In this document: piece by piece, positions 23,649-36,690 of the stretch
Layout: every line of letters begins with the position of its first letter
Numbering within the stretch: position 1 is the stretch's first letter
Assembly: GCA_012026655.1 (NCBI GenBank)
Contig: JAAILG010001357.1
Span: 1-64,000, forward strand
DNA from: Hydrolagus affinis
Lineage: Eukaryota
DNA length: 64,000 nucleotides
Reading direction: 5' to 3'
Notes under the pieces: generated by a model
Seen by the model: the letters and a program-made list of their open reading frames with translations, nothing else
Database searches by the model: none
Told to the model about the DNA's origin: nothing
Made by a program: the position numbers and the translations under genes

Positions 23649-24454
23649 ATCCTCTTTATTTAAGGTACCTTAGCTGGGTTTAGCAGTATAATAGTTCTGG
23701 CATGACTATGGTTACAGATTGGAAGCATGGAGGAAATTGACACTCAATCCTATCTACAGATATCTGTGGTACTTTTTTTTCAGTTTACAGCTGGGTATCT
23801 ATTCAGTCCAATTGGCAAGGGAAAGTGGAGTCTCTCTGCTTGTTTTAGCCCTTGGAAGCACCAGCTAAGTAGCAGTTAATCTGAAGAGTGAGAGAATTAT
23901 TGGAAGGTGTAGAAGTACATTGTAGAGTACATCCATTGAGCTAGAAGAAAAGATGCTGCAGATAAACAGGAAGAGCAAAGAAACTAGTAACAAAGAAAGA
24001 TACAAAGGAAACTAGTAACAAACCATCTTCTTATTTTGAGACTGATCATACGACCACAAACATAAAATATATTATTTATCGATATGAATAAATGCACAAT
24101 CAGGCCAATTGCACAGCAAAGATTAAACTATATACTGTAATAGTAATGGGTTACCTTTTATTATTTAAACATAATTCAGAACTATTCTGAAACCATGTAA
24201 GCTGCATCAGGATCCTACAGTGTTAATTAATTAAGTTAAACATAGCCTGTAACTTTATCTGATGGCATATAACAGCCCAGGTCTCTGTTGCCTCGGTGGG
24301 ACAGAAGTACACTGTACATTCATGATTTCAGTGCATTAAACTCAATAATTTCCAATGTACTTTATAATACCATGTATTTGTAGGGAATGAAACCATAAAT
24401 TTGTACATAGCAGTATCCCCAAAACAATCATGAAGTGGATGAACACAACAAAAG

Positions 24455-24610
24455 ATTATCCTTTTTGAATAATGTCATGGCATCTTTAATGTCTATCTTC
24501 TGAACAGGCAGATAGGCCTTGGTTTAGCATTTCATCCAAAGGCCAATGCAGTACTCCCCCAGATTTGCACTGGAGTATCAGACTAGATTGTGAGGTTAAA
24601 GTAACAATGT
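24455..24610 (-). mobile_element. Older Deu-domain SINE fragment
   Basis: gtcatggcatctttaatgtc...ggcagataggccttggtttagcatttcatccaaagg...gcactggagtatcagactaga resembles the AmnSINE1/SacSINE1 Deu domain; similar copies at 26680, 29580, 30683, 43665 and 46200. Confidence 0.7.
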
Positions 24611-25984
24611 AGAGCTTGACTGTTTGTAAATATGTTGGATATCAATGTGTGGAACTTCATGAATTAATGTGTGTCTTTATATATAATGTATCATGTATTA
24701 ATCCAACACCTGAAAACACTTTTATATTTACACTGTTTGGAATATAAATGTATTGATTGGTTGTTTGAATGGCTCTGAAAGTTCTGTTTCAATGCTTGGA
24801 AAATATTAATTACTCTCCCAACTCATTAATAATATTTGTAAATAAACTCTAACCCACATGCTGGTTTGGTTTTACTTTGTTCAGTAAATGCAGAGCTCTC
24901 CTCAGTCCCCATCAAGTGTGATTTTAGAGTGAAATATATTAAACCAATTTCTCACTACTTTACTTTCACTGTGTAAATAAGGCATATGTGAAAACGATTT
25001 AGACATTAAAAATGTCTAAAACTATGTGTAAAACAAGCAAATAGTTTCAGTCATTTTTCAGTCATAGTACATTTAAGAACTGTTGTTTTGTTGAACAGTA
25101 TATGCCTTAGTCCAAGGTGAACTGGGAAGGATTCTTCATATTTGCCAGTGAGAATGTGTTCTATTGAAGAGTATCACACTTTGCTAAGAACTAAACAATC
25201 TCATATGTCAGTGCTTCTTTTTAACAGTTCATTGAAGACAATAACAAGGCAAGTCCCACATAGTTGTAATTCCTATGGGAGCAGCAAGAATGAAAGTCCA
25301 TACCCAGAATCCCTCAGCTATATGGGCCAGTCACTTTGCAACATGATGAAATGGAGACTTTTCAATTCAGCCGTGAAATATTGTATGTGACTGATCCAGA
25401 TTCCTCCCTACAGGATCTGATGGAACATTGTCAAGCAACTGGGCTGCTCTGAGTTGCAAACCTGACAGATCAAGCTTATGCTCAGATATCATTGTTGATG
25501 AGGGACTCAACCTGTCCACTTCTTGCAATCACTCTGAAATTCAATGGGTTCCTGATGGAATTTTACAACCTATTCCTACCTGATCTCTGTTCTGTTATTT
25601 CTAAAGCCATAAATCATATGATGAGCTCCTTGCCAGGCACACAGGGTTGTATAACAGTGTTTCTATGCAAGCACATCCAAGACACTAAAAGGATATTTCC
25701 ATATTAAGATTAAAGAATGAACAACCTTCATTTCTGTCTCATTTCCAAAGTCTAAAGAAGCCGAAGCTACATGTTTCAAGTTTAATGTCTGGAACTAACT
25801 ACTGCTCACTCTATTCGGTTGACTGTTTCAAAGTCACAGACAATTAGACACTGATTTTAGGCAGTAGCATGCATATTTAGATATTTGCAATGAATGGGAC
25901 AGCAGGATATATTCTTATCTACAAGATCCAGTCTTAGTCATCACTCTTAGCAAAGTTAATGTGTACATTTTGCATTCACATAAA

Positions 25985-26400
25985 ATAATAATAATCCTTG
26001 CATGTAATATGGCACTTTTCACGTCTCCGAGAAGTCTCAAATCACTTCACAGAATATGTCAAATTAATTGACTGTAGATTTGTGCGCAAAACCCAGTAGG
26101 CAATTGCTCACAGTGCAAAGTTAGGAAACCTGCTGGGAATCGAATCCAGATCTCTCACTTGCGAGTCGAGTGCTCTTACCACCGAGCTACAGGAATCCTC
26201 ACTATTTAACAAGAGAAAGGAGTTCCCTTGTGTCCTGGCTAATAGATCCACAGATGAAATTGATCATTCACCTCATAGCTATTTGTTAGATATTGCTTAG
26301 ATCAAGTTGGCTGCAGCATTTGTATACATCATACAGTATATTAATACTCTTAATTCTATCAAGCACTTTAAGATATCCTTCCAATGTGATCAGGTTGTGA
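25985..26400 (-). mobile_element. Internally deleted tRNA-SINE (minus, 25985-26198) adjacent to an old Deu-SINE 3' half (plus)
   Basis: Tail at 25985 and head gggaatcgaatccaga...accgagctacagga at 26135-26195. Confidence 0.75.
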
Positions 26401-26679
26401 GGATGTCTTAAATGGAAAGAATTATCACTCTCTACCATTCTGACAGATAAATAAGTGCCTATTCATTTCTTTTCCAGCACCTTGCGATGTCCTCCCAACT
26501 TAAAGGCACTCTATAAATGTAATTTTGTTGTTGTTGTTTTTATCACCTCACAACGCAGGGTAGAATAACTGATGGGCTCTGTAGGTAAATATATGAGCTA
26601 CTATGGACCAGAATAGAACTAAATGATGAATTTAGTAAGATGAATTAAGCTATTTCAGGTTATAAATAATAAAGTAATA

Positions 26680-27015
26680 CTGTACCTGGATTTGATGAAA
26701 TGCTTTATGATGTTGAAAAATCTCTAAAGTGTTTCACCTATTAATGAGATAAATTCAAATGTTGTGACTGTTGTACAGTTGCAAATGCAGCAGCTAATCT
26801 GCATCAGAAAGAAGCACAAACAATGAGGTTAATAACCATGGATTGGTTTTATATGTTTGAATAAAAGGAAATATACTGGCAGGGATATTGGGAACACTCA
26901 CTACTCTTCTGTAAAGTTGTGCCATGGGATCTCAATGTCCACTGGAATAAGCAGACAAGACTCCAGTTTAATGTTTCATCCAAAGAATGGCACTTGCAAC
27001 AAAGCAGCACTGTAA
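26680..27015 (-). mobile_element. Older Deu-domain SINE
   Basis: gtgccatgggatctcaatgtccactg...gcagacaagactccagtttaatgtttcatccaaagaatggcac. Confidence 0.7.
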
Positions 27016-28739
27016 AGAGTGTTGATTTATTAACACTTTGTAATCAAATACAGGGATAAGTCAGCTTTTGCAGCAATTAGTCCAATGAAGATATATATAT
27101 TTAATAAGGTATATTGGCCAAACAAAATCTGAAACCAAACTAAGTTAAATTGAGCTATGTGAAGCTAATATACAAATCTTCTATTACTTAGATTATTTTA
27201 TGTTAAGAGTTTCATTTACGGTATATTATTAACTCTAATTTTGCTCAAGTTAAATTAGCAGCCTGCAAACCAATACTCCAAAACAGTGGAGGAAGCATTT
27301 GCTTTCCACAGGAATATAGAAAGGAGGGAGAGAGGAGAATGTTTCTTTCTTTGGAAGCTATGCACTGGGTAGAGGGATTATTTTCATTTTCAAAGTCCCC
27401 AAACATTGCCTGATTTTAAATAAAATCCAACTTGAAAAAGTCTCAATAACTAATAATGTCCCCTTATACAAACAACAGTGAAACAGTGTAGTACAAGAAC
27501 ATTTTTAATTTACTGTTGCAAATTTCACAGTTATTGGTTTCCAATCATTTCAGGGAGATGAACAAGTGCTGATTTTGTGAAAGTAAAAGTCGACGTAAAA
27601 CCAACAAACTAAAAAACAATGAATTACACTTACTCACTAACTGATAACGATAAAATTTTTACTGTGAATGCAAAACATTGATATATACTTCTTTGAACAC
27701 ATTTTGATACTGCTATTCAGCAGACATTTTCTAAAGGCTTAAGAAGAACATTGTAGAATCAATTGTAAGGTCTCACAATTAAATCTGCCAATAAGTTATT
27801 TATAGTATTTTTTCCAATTTATAAAGATCATATTATTTTTTCTGTTTCCTGTCCCCTACCCCCTTCAACAGATTCCAGAAGATACCATAGTCTGAAGAAA
27901 ATCATCTATGACAATTGTAGATAAAAATCGAAGATCAAACCTACACGTTTAATTATTTTCTCCATCATCACAGCCAAAAACATCTAAGCCTCCGTTACTC
28001 TATAAATTTAGTCAAAAACATCCATACAGCAATATCATTAGACTTGCATTGTCAGAATAGTACAAATGAAAAAGCCAAGTGAGATATGACTGTTGTAAGA
28101 TTTTAAGCAGACCTCCACAAAATACACACTCCAACTACAAAGCTCTCTTTAGACTCTAACCAACAGGCTACTCTTTGAAAGAACGAGTTATTTCTGTCTT
28201 TTATAGTACTTCAAAGGTTATTTTAGGGGTCATTGACACTAAACTTTATTTATGCTGGCATCCACTGAAGTTATAGGTTGACTCTTGATAGTGCACTTTA
28301 CAATGTTTTAATGGTTCATAAAATGTAACTACAGGGAAAAAGCTTGTGAGTTGCTATGTTATGAATAATTTGACTTGGGAGAGAACAAAAAAAGAAATGT
28401 GGGCTTCAATTCAAATTTTATAAACCATATTTCCTAAATGTTAATGGGAAATGCTTTTACCAATAGATCTTGTCCATCATTAGATAGCTGGACTGCAATA
28501 GGTTGTACTTCAAACATGTGAATCTTCACTGATACTGATAAAGTTTAAAAGTAATGTGTATATGAACATCGTTTAGGTTTTATGTATAAGAGGCTTCATT
28601 TTCTTCTCAACTTTATAAAGAGCCCACATGTCCTCAATTGCTGAACTGATAAGTAAGTCAAATACTGTAATAGGTTTCTAGACCTACTTCATCATGGGGA
28701 TAACACCTGACATCTTTTTAGCATCTCCTTAAACATTGT

Positions 28740-29035
28740 GGAGCACTGTAGCTCAGTGATTGGAGTTCTCGCCACATAAGTGAGATAACTGGGTTTGATT
28801 CCCAGCAGGGCTTAATGGTGGACAAATTTATTTATTCCTCATACCTATGTTGACCGAGTAATAAGTAACAACCCAGTTGTTAGTCAATTGGTGGATCACG
28901 TTTCTGGGGATAATATGCCTTCAAAAAAAATTGGTTATGTCAATCCACAATAGTATATTTTGTGAAATACTGGGATTTGTAGACAAAAGACACAAAAAGG
29001 TGCTATATCAAATGCAAGAATTATTATTGTTATTG
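28740..29035 (+). mobile_element. tRNA-derived SINE, longer-body subfamily
   Basis: ggagcactgtagctcagtg...gggtttgattccc head, extra segment cccagttgttagtcaattggtgga (also at 32420), standard tail. Confidence 0.85.
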
Positions 29036-29065
29036 TGGGTGAATTCAGTTACTCAGAGTAGGTTG

Positions 29066-29200
29066 AATCATAGAATTTTACGGCACAAAAGGTGGCCATT
29101 TGGCCCATCATGTCTGTGCTGGCTCTTTAAAAAGAGCTATTCAAAGTCAATCCCACTCCCCATAACCCTGCAAATTTGTCTTCCCCAAAATCATTGGTGA
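29066..29200 (-). mobile_element. CR1 3' end
   Basis: atcatagaattttacggcacaaaaggtggccatttggcccatc; same terminus type at 39695, 55770 and 56900. Confidence 0.75.
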
Positions 29201-29579
29201 GTTCATGTCTCACTACTTTATAGTGAAGCATGTTCAACTGAATATTCTGGGTGACTACACATCCCAATATTTAATGATAGTCTCTTTATCAGCTCCTAAG
29301 AATATGTCAGCAAAACATGCAATTTACATTAAAAATACATAAAATTAGATTCTAAAATGTTTCCCCCAATCCATTGAAAATTCTGTGGGGAAAAAAAACG
29401 AAACCACTGATCAACTCATTTTTCAACATGGTACAAAATATATTAGTTTAAATTTAAGCCCGTACCCATTGAAGTATTGGAATGCCACTTCAAAAAACAA
29501 GTAGCCCCCAATTACTTGCTTGCTAAAATAAACATAGTTGTTGAATCTTCAGTGCCTCTGCAAAAAGTTAAGGTGGTAT

Positions 29580-29860
29580 TAGAGCTCAAAGTCTATGCAA
29601 ACACTCCAGTATGGTACTGGTGAGTGTTGCATTGTCTCTCAGATAACTCATTAAACCAAGATCCTGCTGCCTATATTTCAAGTGGATGTTAAAAATCCAT
29701 GGAGCAAAGGGAGTTTCTCTCAATACCCCGAAAAATTGGTCATTCATCTCATGACTATTTATGCACAACTGTCTGTTATCCTTGCTTGCAGTCACTGCAC
29801 TTGGCAATGATTACTTGTGAAGTGCATGACAAGAAGCTAAACAAAGGCAAGTTCTTTCCT
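29580..29860 (+). mobile_element. Older Deu-domain SINE
   Basis: acactccagtatggtactgg...ggatgttaaaaatccatgg...gggagtttctc. Confidence 0.65.
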
Positions 29861-30446
29861 TCTTATTTTTCTCAGAGTGTTTGAATTCAAGTGGTACAAT
29901 ACAAATATTCAAGTGAATTCCACCTTCTTTGCTGAGGAGCACAATGCAGAAATGCTTGCATCCACACACACATTGCTCAGTACTCATAAAGTGTCAGAGG
30001 TTCTTTGACTTCTTATATAAAAATGCTGGTGTGCAATATTTTCTACTTCACAGCTTCCACATTCTTTTGCATCACCAAATAAACATCAAGAGCTTATTAG
30101 TTCCTTTGCAGAATCAAAGGAACAAATATAACAGAACTTCAAAACTATTTGTTTTTAAATGTTATATTACCTAGTGTTTAATTATAAGCTCTCACATCTA
30201 AGATCCCTTGATATTTTGTAGTGATATTTTGTAATCATAGCAAATAGGCTTTATCTGTTTCATGAGCAAAGAAACTATTTTGATAAGCAATTGACAACTC
30301 ATTTAAATCAACTCATTACCGCTGTAGCCAAAAAGTATATTTGGAGGCAAATGTATCAATCAATTTGCACACAGTAATGTCCTACAAATAGCCATGGAGT
30401 GAGTGACCAATTATAGTTGGGGTAATTGTTAGCCACAACTTGAGAT

Positions 30447-30870
30447 ACCTTGGGCAAGTTTTCTTACTCCACATGCCTGACAATAATCCCTCAAGAAAAA
30501 AGCAAACAAACAAAATAATTTGTTGATTCAATCGATGACTGTTTGTGAGACACTGCAATGCACAACTGGTTGCCGTATTTGGCCCACAAAAAATAGTCAA
30601 TTCACTTTACAATATATTCTGTGAAGCTTTGAGACATCTCAAAGTGAAAATCGCTATATCAAATACAAGGATTATTATTATTAACATCCACCTAAGGCAG
30701 ACAGGATCTCGATTTCACATTTCATTCAGGAAATTACATCTCCAACAATGGAATACATCCACAGCATTATCTAGAAGTGTCAGTTAAGAGTACAGGAGAC
30801 CAAAATCGTGACATGAAGCTTGCACCTTCTGATTCAGAGGTAAGAATCCTACTAACTAAGCTTGGCTGAC
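30447..30870 (+). mobile_element. tRNA-SINE (plus, 30447-30682) abutting an old Deu-SINE (minus, 30683-30870)
   Basis: ccttgggcaagttttcttactccac...aggattattatt, then acatccacctaaggcagacagg...tctgattcagaggtaag. Confidence 0.8.
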
Positions 30871-31184
30871 TCCCAAAATAAGGGATCAGTAACAAAGAGG
30901 CAAATAGTGAGTAATATAACTATTACATTAAACTTTTTTGTATATAGCAAGATTCTGATCATAATCTGTGGCAACTGAGCCAGATAAGTACGAAGGTCAG
31001 CTGAAGTAAGAGTCTGAACTCACAAACATCTATGTCAGAAGTCCGATGTATCATGCCTTTAGAAATGATAGCTTGGGAATTGGGTAGAATACTGCATTGA
31101 TACCATAGTACTTCACTGTTGGGATATGTTGAAATTCAAACATATCTGACGGGAAGAAAATGTTTTGCTTCTTTTGAGTGTAAT

Positions 31185-31299
31185 GAGAAATTTCTCAGGC
31201 TGTTTAAGTGCAGCAACTTTGAAAATGTTCACGAACACAAAATTCCCCTGTTCATACACGTCATCAAGTTGCTGCACTTAGTAGCATAAAGAATTTCTC
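31185..31299. repeat. Imperfect palindrome, possible old MITE
   Basis: gagaaatt...taagtgcagcaactt...gaaca / tgttc...aagttgctgcactta...aatttctc. Confidence 0.7.
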
Positions 31300-31639
31300 G
31301 CCCAAAGCTGTCTTCTTAAAGTAAGATCCCAGTGGATGTTGGTCCAAAGTGTAAAGCTGTCCAGAGTTTGACAGTAAACTGGCAGTTCACTCAGATGTAT
31401 CATAAGGATTTGCTGGTTTGAGAAATGGAAGAAATATTACTGCCGGAATGGGGATTTTCTCTTCCTAGGTTGATGTTAAGACAGCTTGGGGGTTTACCAC
31501 ACACTGATCGCTGAAAACAGTGAGCACTTGGTCGTGTTCTACCAGCAGTGTATGATAGATTCCACTGCTGAAGTATAATCAAGACAGAAGTTTGCTACGT
31601 CTAGTGCATGTTTAACCTTAAAGGTGAAAAAAATGTTTG

Positions 31640-32830
31640 TTTTTTGTTTTGGTCAGCCAAATGATTGACACGTAGAAACCCATCATCACGATTAAGAGTA
31701 TCCAAATCAAGCTGAGAATTCTATGTGTCCACCTACACGTGAAACTCCCAGAGTTATATTGATGGATATATTGATCTCCTCACATCAGTACCCATTGTCT
31801 GCACTCCACCAGGTCTGGCCTCCTCCTTGTCCCTCAAATCCTCCGTTACAGCCCTGCCTTCAACCATTTGCCCCAAGGCTCTGGAACTCCCTTCCTCACT
31901 TCCTTCGCCTTGCCCCCTCCTTTCCTATTTTCAGGTTGCGCCTAAAGACTTTTCTTTTCGACTGCGCTTTCGGTCACCTTTTTCCCCCTCTCCCTGGTTT
32001 GGCCCCGGAATCCGTTATTGTGAAGCTCTCTGAGACGCCGTCTGGCGTGAAGGGTGCTATATAAATCCAACTTGTTGTTGAATGAAATGCGCACTCTCCC
32101 TCCCTGGGGGCGAAGCAGCCTGCTTATCCTATTCCGGAAAGTATTAGGCAGAGGTTGGCAAGAGCGAAGGCTTGTGGATACCAGAATGTGTGTTTGACTA
32201 CATCTAAAATTGGTTAGCATTATCTGGCAAGTTTTTGCAGGTTGAACACGAGCTTGGAATCCATGCCAATATCTGGCTACACAAGCAGACTACTGAGACC
32301 CCCAAATTTAGCCGGCTCGAGGATATTCTGTGTCCAAACATGTCAGCTTCAAGCCAGTTGAGCTTTGAGGAGACACTGCTTATCTCCCCCACCTCTGTTG
32401 ACCGAATAATACGTAACAACCCAGTTGTTAGTCAATTGGTGGATTGCATTTCCGGGGATAATATTCCTTCCAAAAAATTTATAAATTTGTTATGTCAATC
32501 CACAACAGTACATTCTGTGAACATCTCCAAGGAATAGAGTCACATGTTGATCATTTAACATTTGACTAGTGGGGGGTTGTGCCTTCACTAGGTGGACCAT
32601 AATTCGCTCTGAGCTTCTGGGGGTTTGGGAGGGAACTGCAGCTCAGCATGAAATGCATGAGAGCATCGCCACCATTTTCCTGTCCGCAGCTCAGTCACAT
32701 TCCCCTTCTCTTTTAACAGTGATGATTCCACCAGTTGGAGATGCCGATGTTAGCTGCTTGCTCTATCCAGGCCAATTAAGGTGGACTCCAGGTGCTGGAT
32801 GTACATTTGCGTTTTCACAAACTCAGATTT
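31640..32830 (+). repeat. Unclassified ancient interspersed repeat, copy 2, interrupted by an L2 and a SINE fragment
   Basis: Colinear blocks with the reverse complement of 51060-51610: ttaagagtatccaaa, aggttggcaagagc, gttgatcatt, ctcagca..gaaa..gccacc, ttccaccagttgga. Confidence 0.7.
31772..32080 (+). mobile_element. L2 3' end
   Basis: [31 protein letters not shown]; tail gtgctatataaatccaacttgttgttg. Confidence 0.92.
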
Positions 32831-32891
32831 CAGGTAATGCCGTCCAGGCATCTGTTGCTCCAAGACTCGGAGTTTCCTCTTCAGCTATATT

Positions 32892-33250
32892 AATAATAAT
32901 AACAACAACAATAACAAAATTACATTTATAGAGCACCTTTCGCATCGGGAGGACTTCCCAAAGCGCTGATAATACTAGCATTCGATGTTACGCTTTTCAT
33001 GCCTTCTAGACATCTCAAAGCACTTCACAGAACATGCTGTAAAGTGAATTGATTGTATATTTTTGTGGGCGAAACGTGGCAGCCAATTGCACACAGCAGC
33101 GTCCCACAAACAGTCATGGATTGAAATGACCAATTTGTTATTTTTTTGGAGGGATTTATTATGAGATGTGGAGTAAGGAAACTTGGCCATGGTTTTTCCG
33201 TGACATGCCAGGAATTAAATCAAGGTCTCTCACTTGCGAGGAGAGTGCTC
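32892..33250 (-). mobile_element. L2 tail (32892-32968) plus near full-length tRNA-SINE (32975-33250)
   Basis: aacaaaattacatttatagagcacctttcgc; SINE body and head ccaggaattaaatcaaggtctctcacttgcgag. Confidence 0.85.
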
Positions 33251-33251
33251 C

Positions 33252-33594
33252 CCTACTAACCTGCCAGTCCCCTCCACTCAGCAGGCACCAGCCTGTTCCA
33301 TGTCCCCTGACCTACCCACCCCACATTCGCGGGCGAGCCTTCGGCTACTCCACCCCAAATCTCTAGAAATCCATCCCGCAGTCCCTCCACCTCGCCCCCT
33401 CCCTAGCCTCCTTTAAGTCCCAACTCAAGACCCTCCTCTTCAATGATCCTATTGGTCACCCCAAATCCCCCCTTTCCCTTCACCCTTCCCATTCCCAACG
33501 CCAGCTCTGGTCTGAAACAGTGACAGCCCTGTGCCTTGAGATGTCCTCCTGACATGAAATGTGCTATACAAGTGCATTTTTTTTGTTGTTGTTG
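33252..33594 (+). mobile_element. L2 3' end, second subfamily
   Basis: IRGRAFGYSTPNL...; gccttgagatgtcctcctgacatgaaatgtgctataca...ttgttgttg. Confidence 0.85.
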
Positions 33595-36524
33595 CTTTTA
33601 CCACTACTGGAATACACTGTAGGTGGATGTGGACCCAGGTTATTCCTCAGGAAAATGGAAGAACAGACATTCAGAACGATGCAACAAACGTCAGAAATCC
33701 CACACTGATTTTTCTCCCTACCAATTGAAGCCCAGCACACACCAGCCTCCTTGGGGGAGGGAAGGGAGGGTGCGCAGAGGCAGGGCATGGGAGTGACGAG
33801 GTTGGGGTTTAAATCAATCATTAATTGATTTCAGGTTGCACAGTTACGAGAGACTGAAAATTTCAAGAGTTCTCAACCTAATGAGAACACTGCTCCCGCC
33901 TGATCTATTGCCAGAAATAATTCCCAATTATAAAGTCCCGTAAATCAGATCTCAAAGGCTTTAATCTTCATTTTAGAACATGTTTCTCCCTTCCCCCCAC
34001 CCCCACCCTCACCCACCATATCTAAACCTCTCCTGTAAATTATTTGAAGAGCAAGAAACGAGAGTCAGCCCAACTAGAGTCTGCCTTCAACATGGTGGGT
34101 GGACCTTTACAGGACAGCTTGTGCAGGATGTGATAACCACCTTGTTGTGCTCAAGGTCCAATTCCAATGATTCTGTGTACCAGACTTACTCTGCACCAGC
34201 TGCTTAATCCAAGTTCTCATGTGAGGACCCTTGGCAAACAGATGTGAAGCCACCTCCATTTTCAAGGTGCTTAGTGACAGGCCTGATACTTTCCTTTCCG
34301 TGTTTGCCACACATCCACCTCACTGTTTGATCTTGCAATTCGATCAGACGAAACCTCTCCACTGCCTCTCCAGGAGCTCAGATCCATAAAGGAAAAAAAT
34401 TTCCACACAGTCTTGTAAGCTACAAGCTTGACCCAATGTCCTTGATGAGGATTAGCATGACCAAAATGCTCTTGGATGCTTCTCAGCATGGTCCTTCAGG
34501 ACAGTGTCCAGGCTCCAATTGATGTCCACCAGGGGAAAAAAAATCTTGAGTGTTCTGTTTTCTAGCAAATATATATGTTGATAAGCAATTAATACACACC
34601 ATCCAAAAACTATACTTCAGTTAACACTGCAATCAATTTTGAAAATATTGCAGTGGCAGAACAATCACTAGTTAAATATAGGTACTCCTAAGTGCATCAG
34701 CTTTCAAGATATATTTCATTATAATTATCTTTATTAGTGTCACCAAACTATAGTTCAAAGCAAACCTGAAGCTCACTGAGACAGTATTCCATCTGTATGT
34801 AAGCTGTTAATGGATATAGTTTTCATATTACACTGAGGCATTTTAGGCACTGATGCAGTGGTAATGACATACATTTCCTATCAGCAATGAATGATGCATA
34901 GTTCAATACATCTTAACTTATCCTTAGAGGTAAACAAGGTGCCCAATCATTACACAGCAGCAATAATTGCTGCTAAGCACCTAAGCAAGCAAGAAATAAA
35001 GCCTTTTATCCTTATAAATCATTGTAAGAGATACACTGCCAGACATTCACTGGAACGTGACAACTATGTTCCAAAGAAGTAGATATGCCTGTTCCATGCC
35101 ATGTAAGATAATAGATACTGTTCACGGGAGCAACAGTCAAGAACCGTGATGTGCAACCCATCCTTATTGCTGTTAAGGTAATAGCACTGTTGTTTCTGCT
35201 GTTCTATATCTGGAAACCCCACAATGTTTCAAAACAATAACATTATTTATCACATATGCTGTGAAGTCTTGCTGAGAGTTAACTACCTAAAGTGCTATTT
35301 TAGGAACACTAAGCATTTGTTTTGTAATTGAACAAATTTGTTTGAGGGACATTTTCTAATTATGTCCTTCTGGTACTCTTCGTTTGCGTTATGGGTTCAG
35401 CGTATCAGATCATAGTGATTACTAGTGATATGCATCACATATTATTATTATTATTATTATTATATTATGTTCTGTGAAGCTCTTTGAGATGTCTTGAAGA
35501 TGTGATAAGACACTATATCAAATGAAAGGATTATTATTATTATTTGGATTCCAATACCGTAGAATTCCATCAGCACTGCCCCCTTGTATTCTACACTGAT
35601 AATGTGGACCATTTATGTGCACGGGAAGCTCTCATGATTGATGTATCCCATTAGATTGACCACTTCCACCTGTATATACATGTGTGCAGTTTATAAGCCA
35701 AGACACACAAGAAGCTACCAATGCCATAATACTGATATTGTTTTTCCAGCTGTTTCTCCCCTTTCATAAGGAAATGTTTGCATTTTCAAATATTTGGGAA
35801 AAAATATAGAATCAGATTAAGATCATAAGGAAAATATGGATAAAGAAAACTCTGAATGAAAAATAAAAAATAGCAGCCTGTATTGTATTGATTAACACCA
35901 GTGCCAACACATTTTTTGAAAAACACTTGCAATCAATCGATTAATGTATTGATTAGTTTGAGAGTGTGACTTCTATTCATAAATGTAAGCCAAAGCTGTG
36001 AGATGGACCGAAAGTGGTCCGACCCCTAATGACACAAATTCATTGCTATCCACAGCACCCTTTTGAAGGCTAAAGTAACTCCTTTATGTTTTAGTGAACA
36101 GAACTGCATGAAATCATCTGGCTGTGGCTTGATCAGAGAACAGTACATATACAGATGATGTCTTGGAATCTGAACTAAACTGATTGGGTAAAAGTAGTCA
36201 GTGCACTTGTTTGCTTTGTTTGGAGATGGTTAATATTTAATGAACAAATCAAAATATCTATGAAATTCCCCTTGCCCAATCCCAAGGAAAATTCTATCTT
36301 ATTTTTTATTTAAATTATGTAGTATGACTTCAATTAATAGGATCAGTCACAACAATACGCTCAATTATTTTTTGCAACTGATGTGAAAAGAATCATGTTA
36401 AATTTCATTAGTAGTTTCAATAGGATTGCATTCACCCATGTTAATTTTAATACTCAGATTGCTATTCGACGCCTGGCAGTAATTAGAATTGAAAACTATT
36501 AGCAATCGGATTATATATCTCTAT

Positions 36525-36690
36525 AATAATAATATTAATTATTGCATTTGAAATAACGCATCATTTCTTCAAGACATCTAAAGGACTTCACAGAATATAC
36601 TGTAAAGAGATTTGACTGTATGTTTTGTGGGTAAACCGTGGCAGCCAAGTGCACACAGCAGTGTCCCACAAACAGTCATGGATTGAGTGA
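36525..36690 (-). mobile_element. tRNA-derived SINE, 3' half
   Basis: cacagaatatactgtaaag...ggcagccaagtgcacacagcagtgtcccacaaacagtcatgga. Confidence 0.88.

Noticed and set aside
27872-27925. Strong splice-acceptor-like site
   Set aside because: All three frames stop within 18 codons and no good donor follows.
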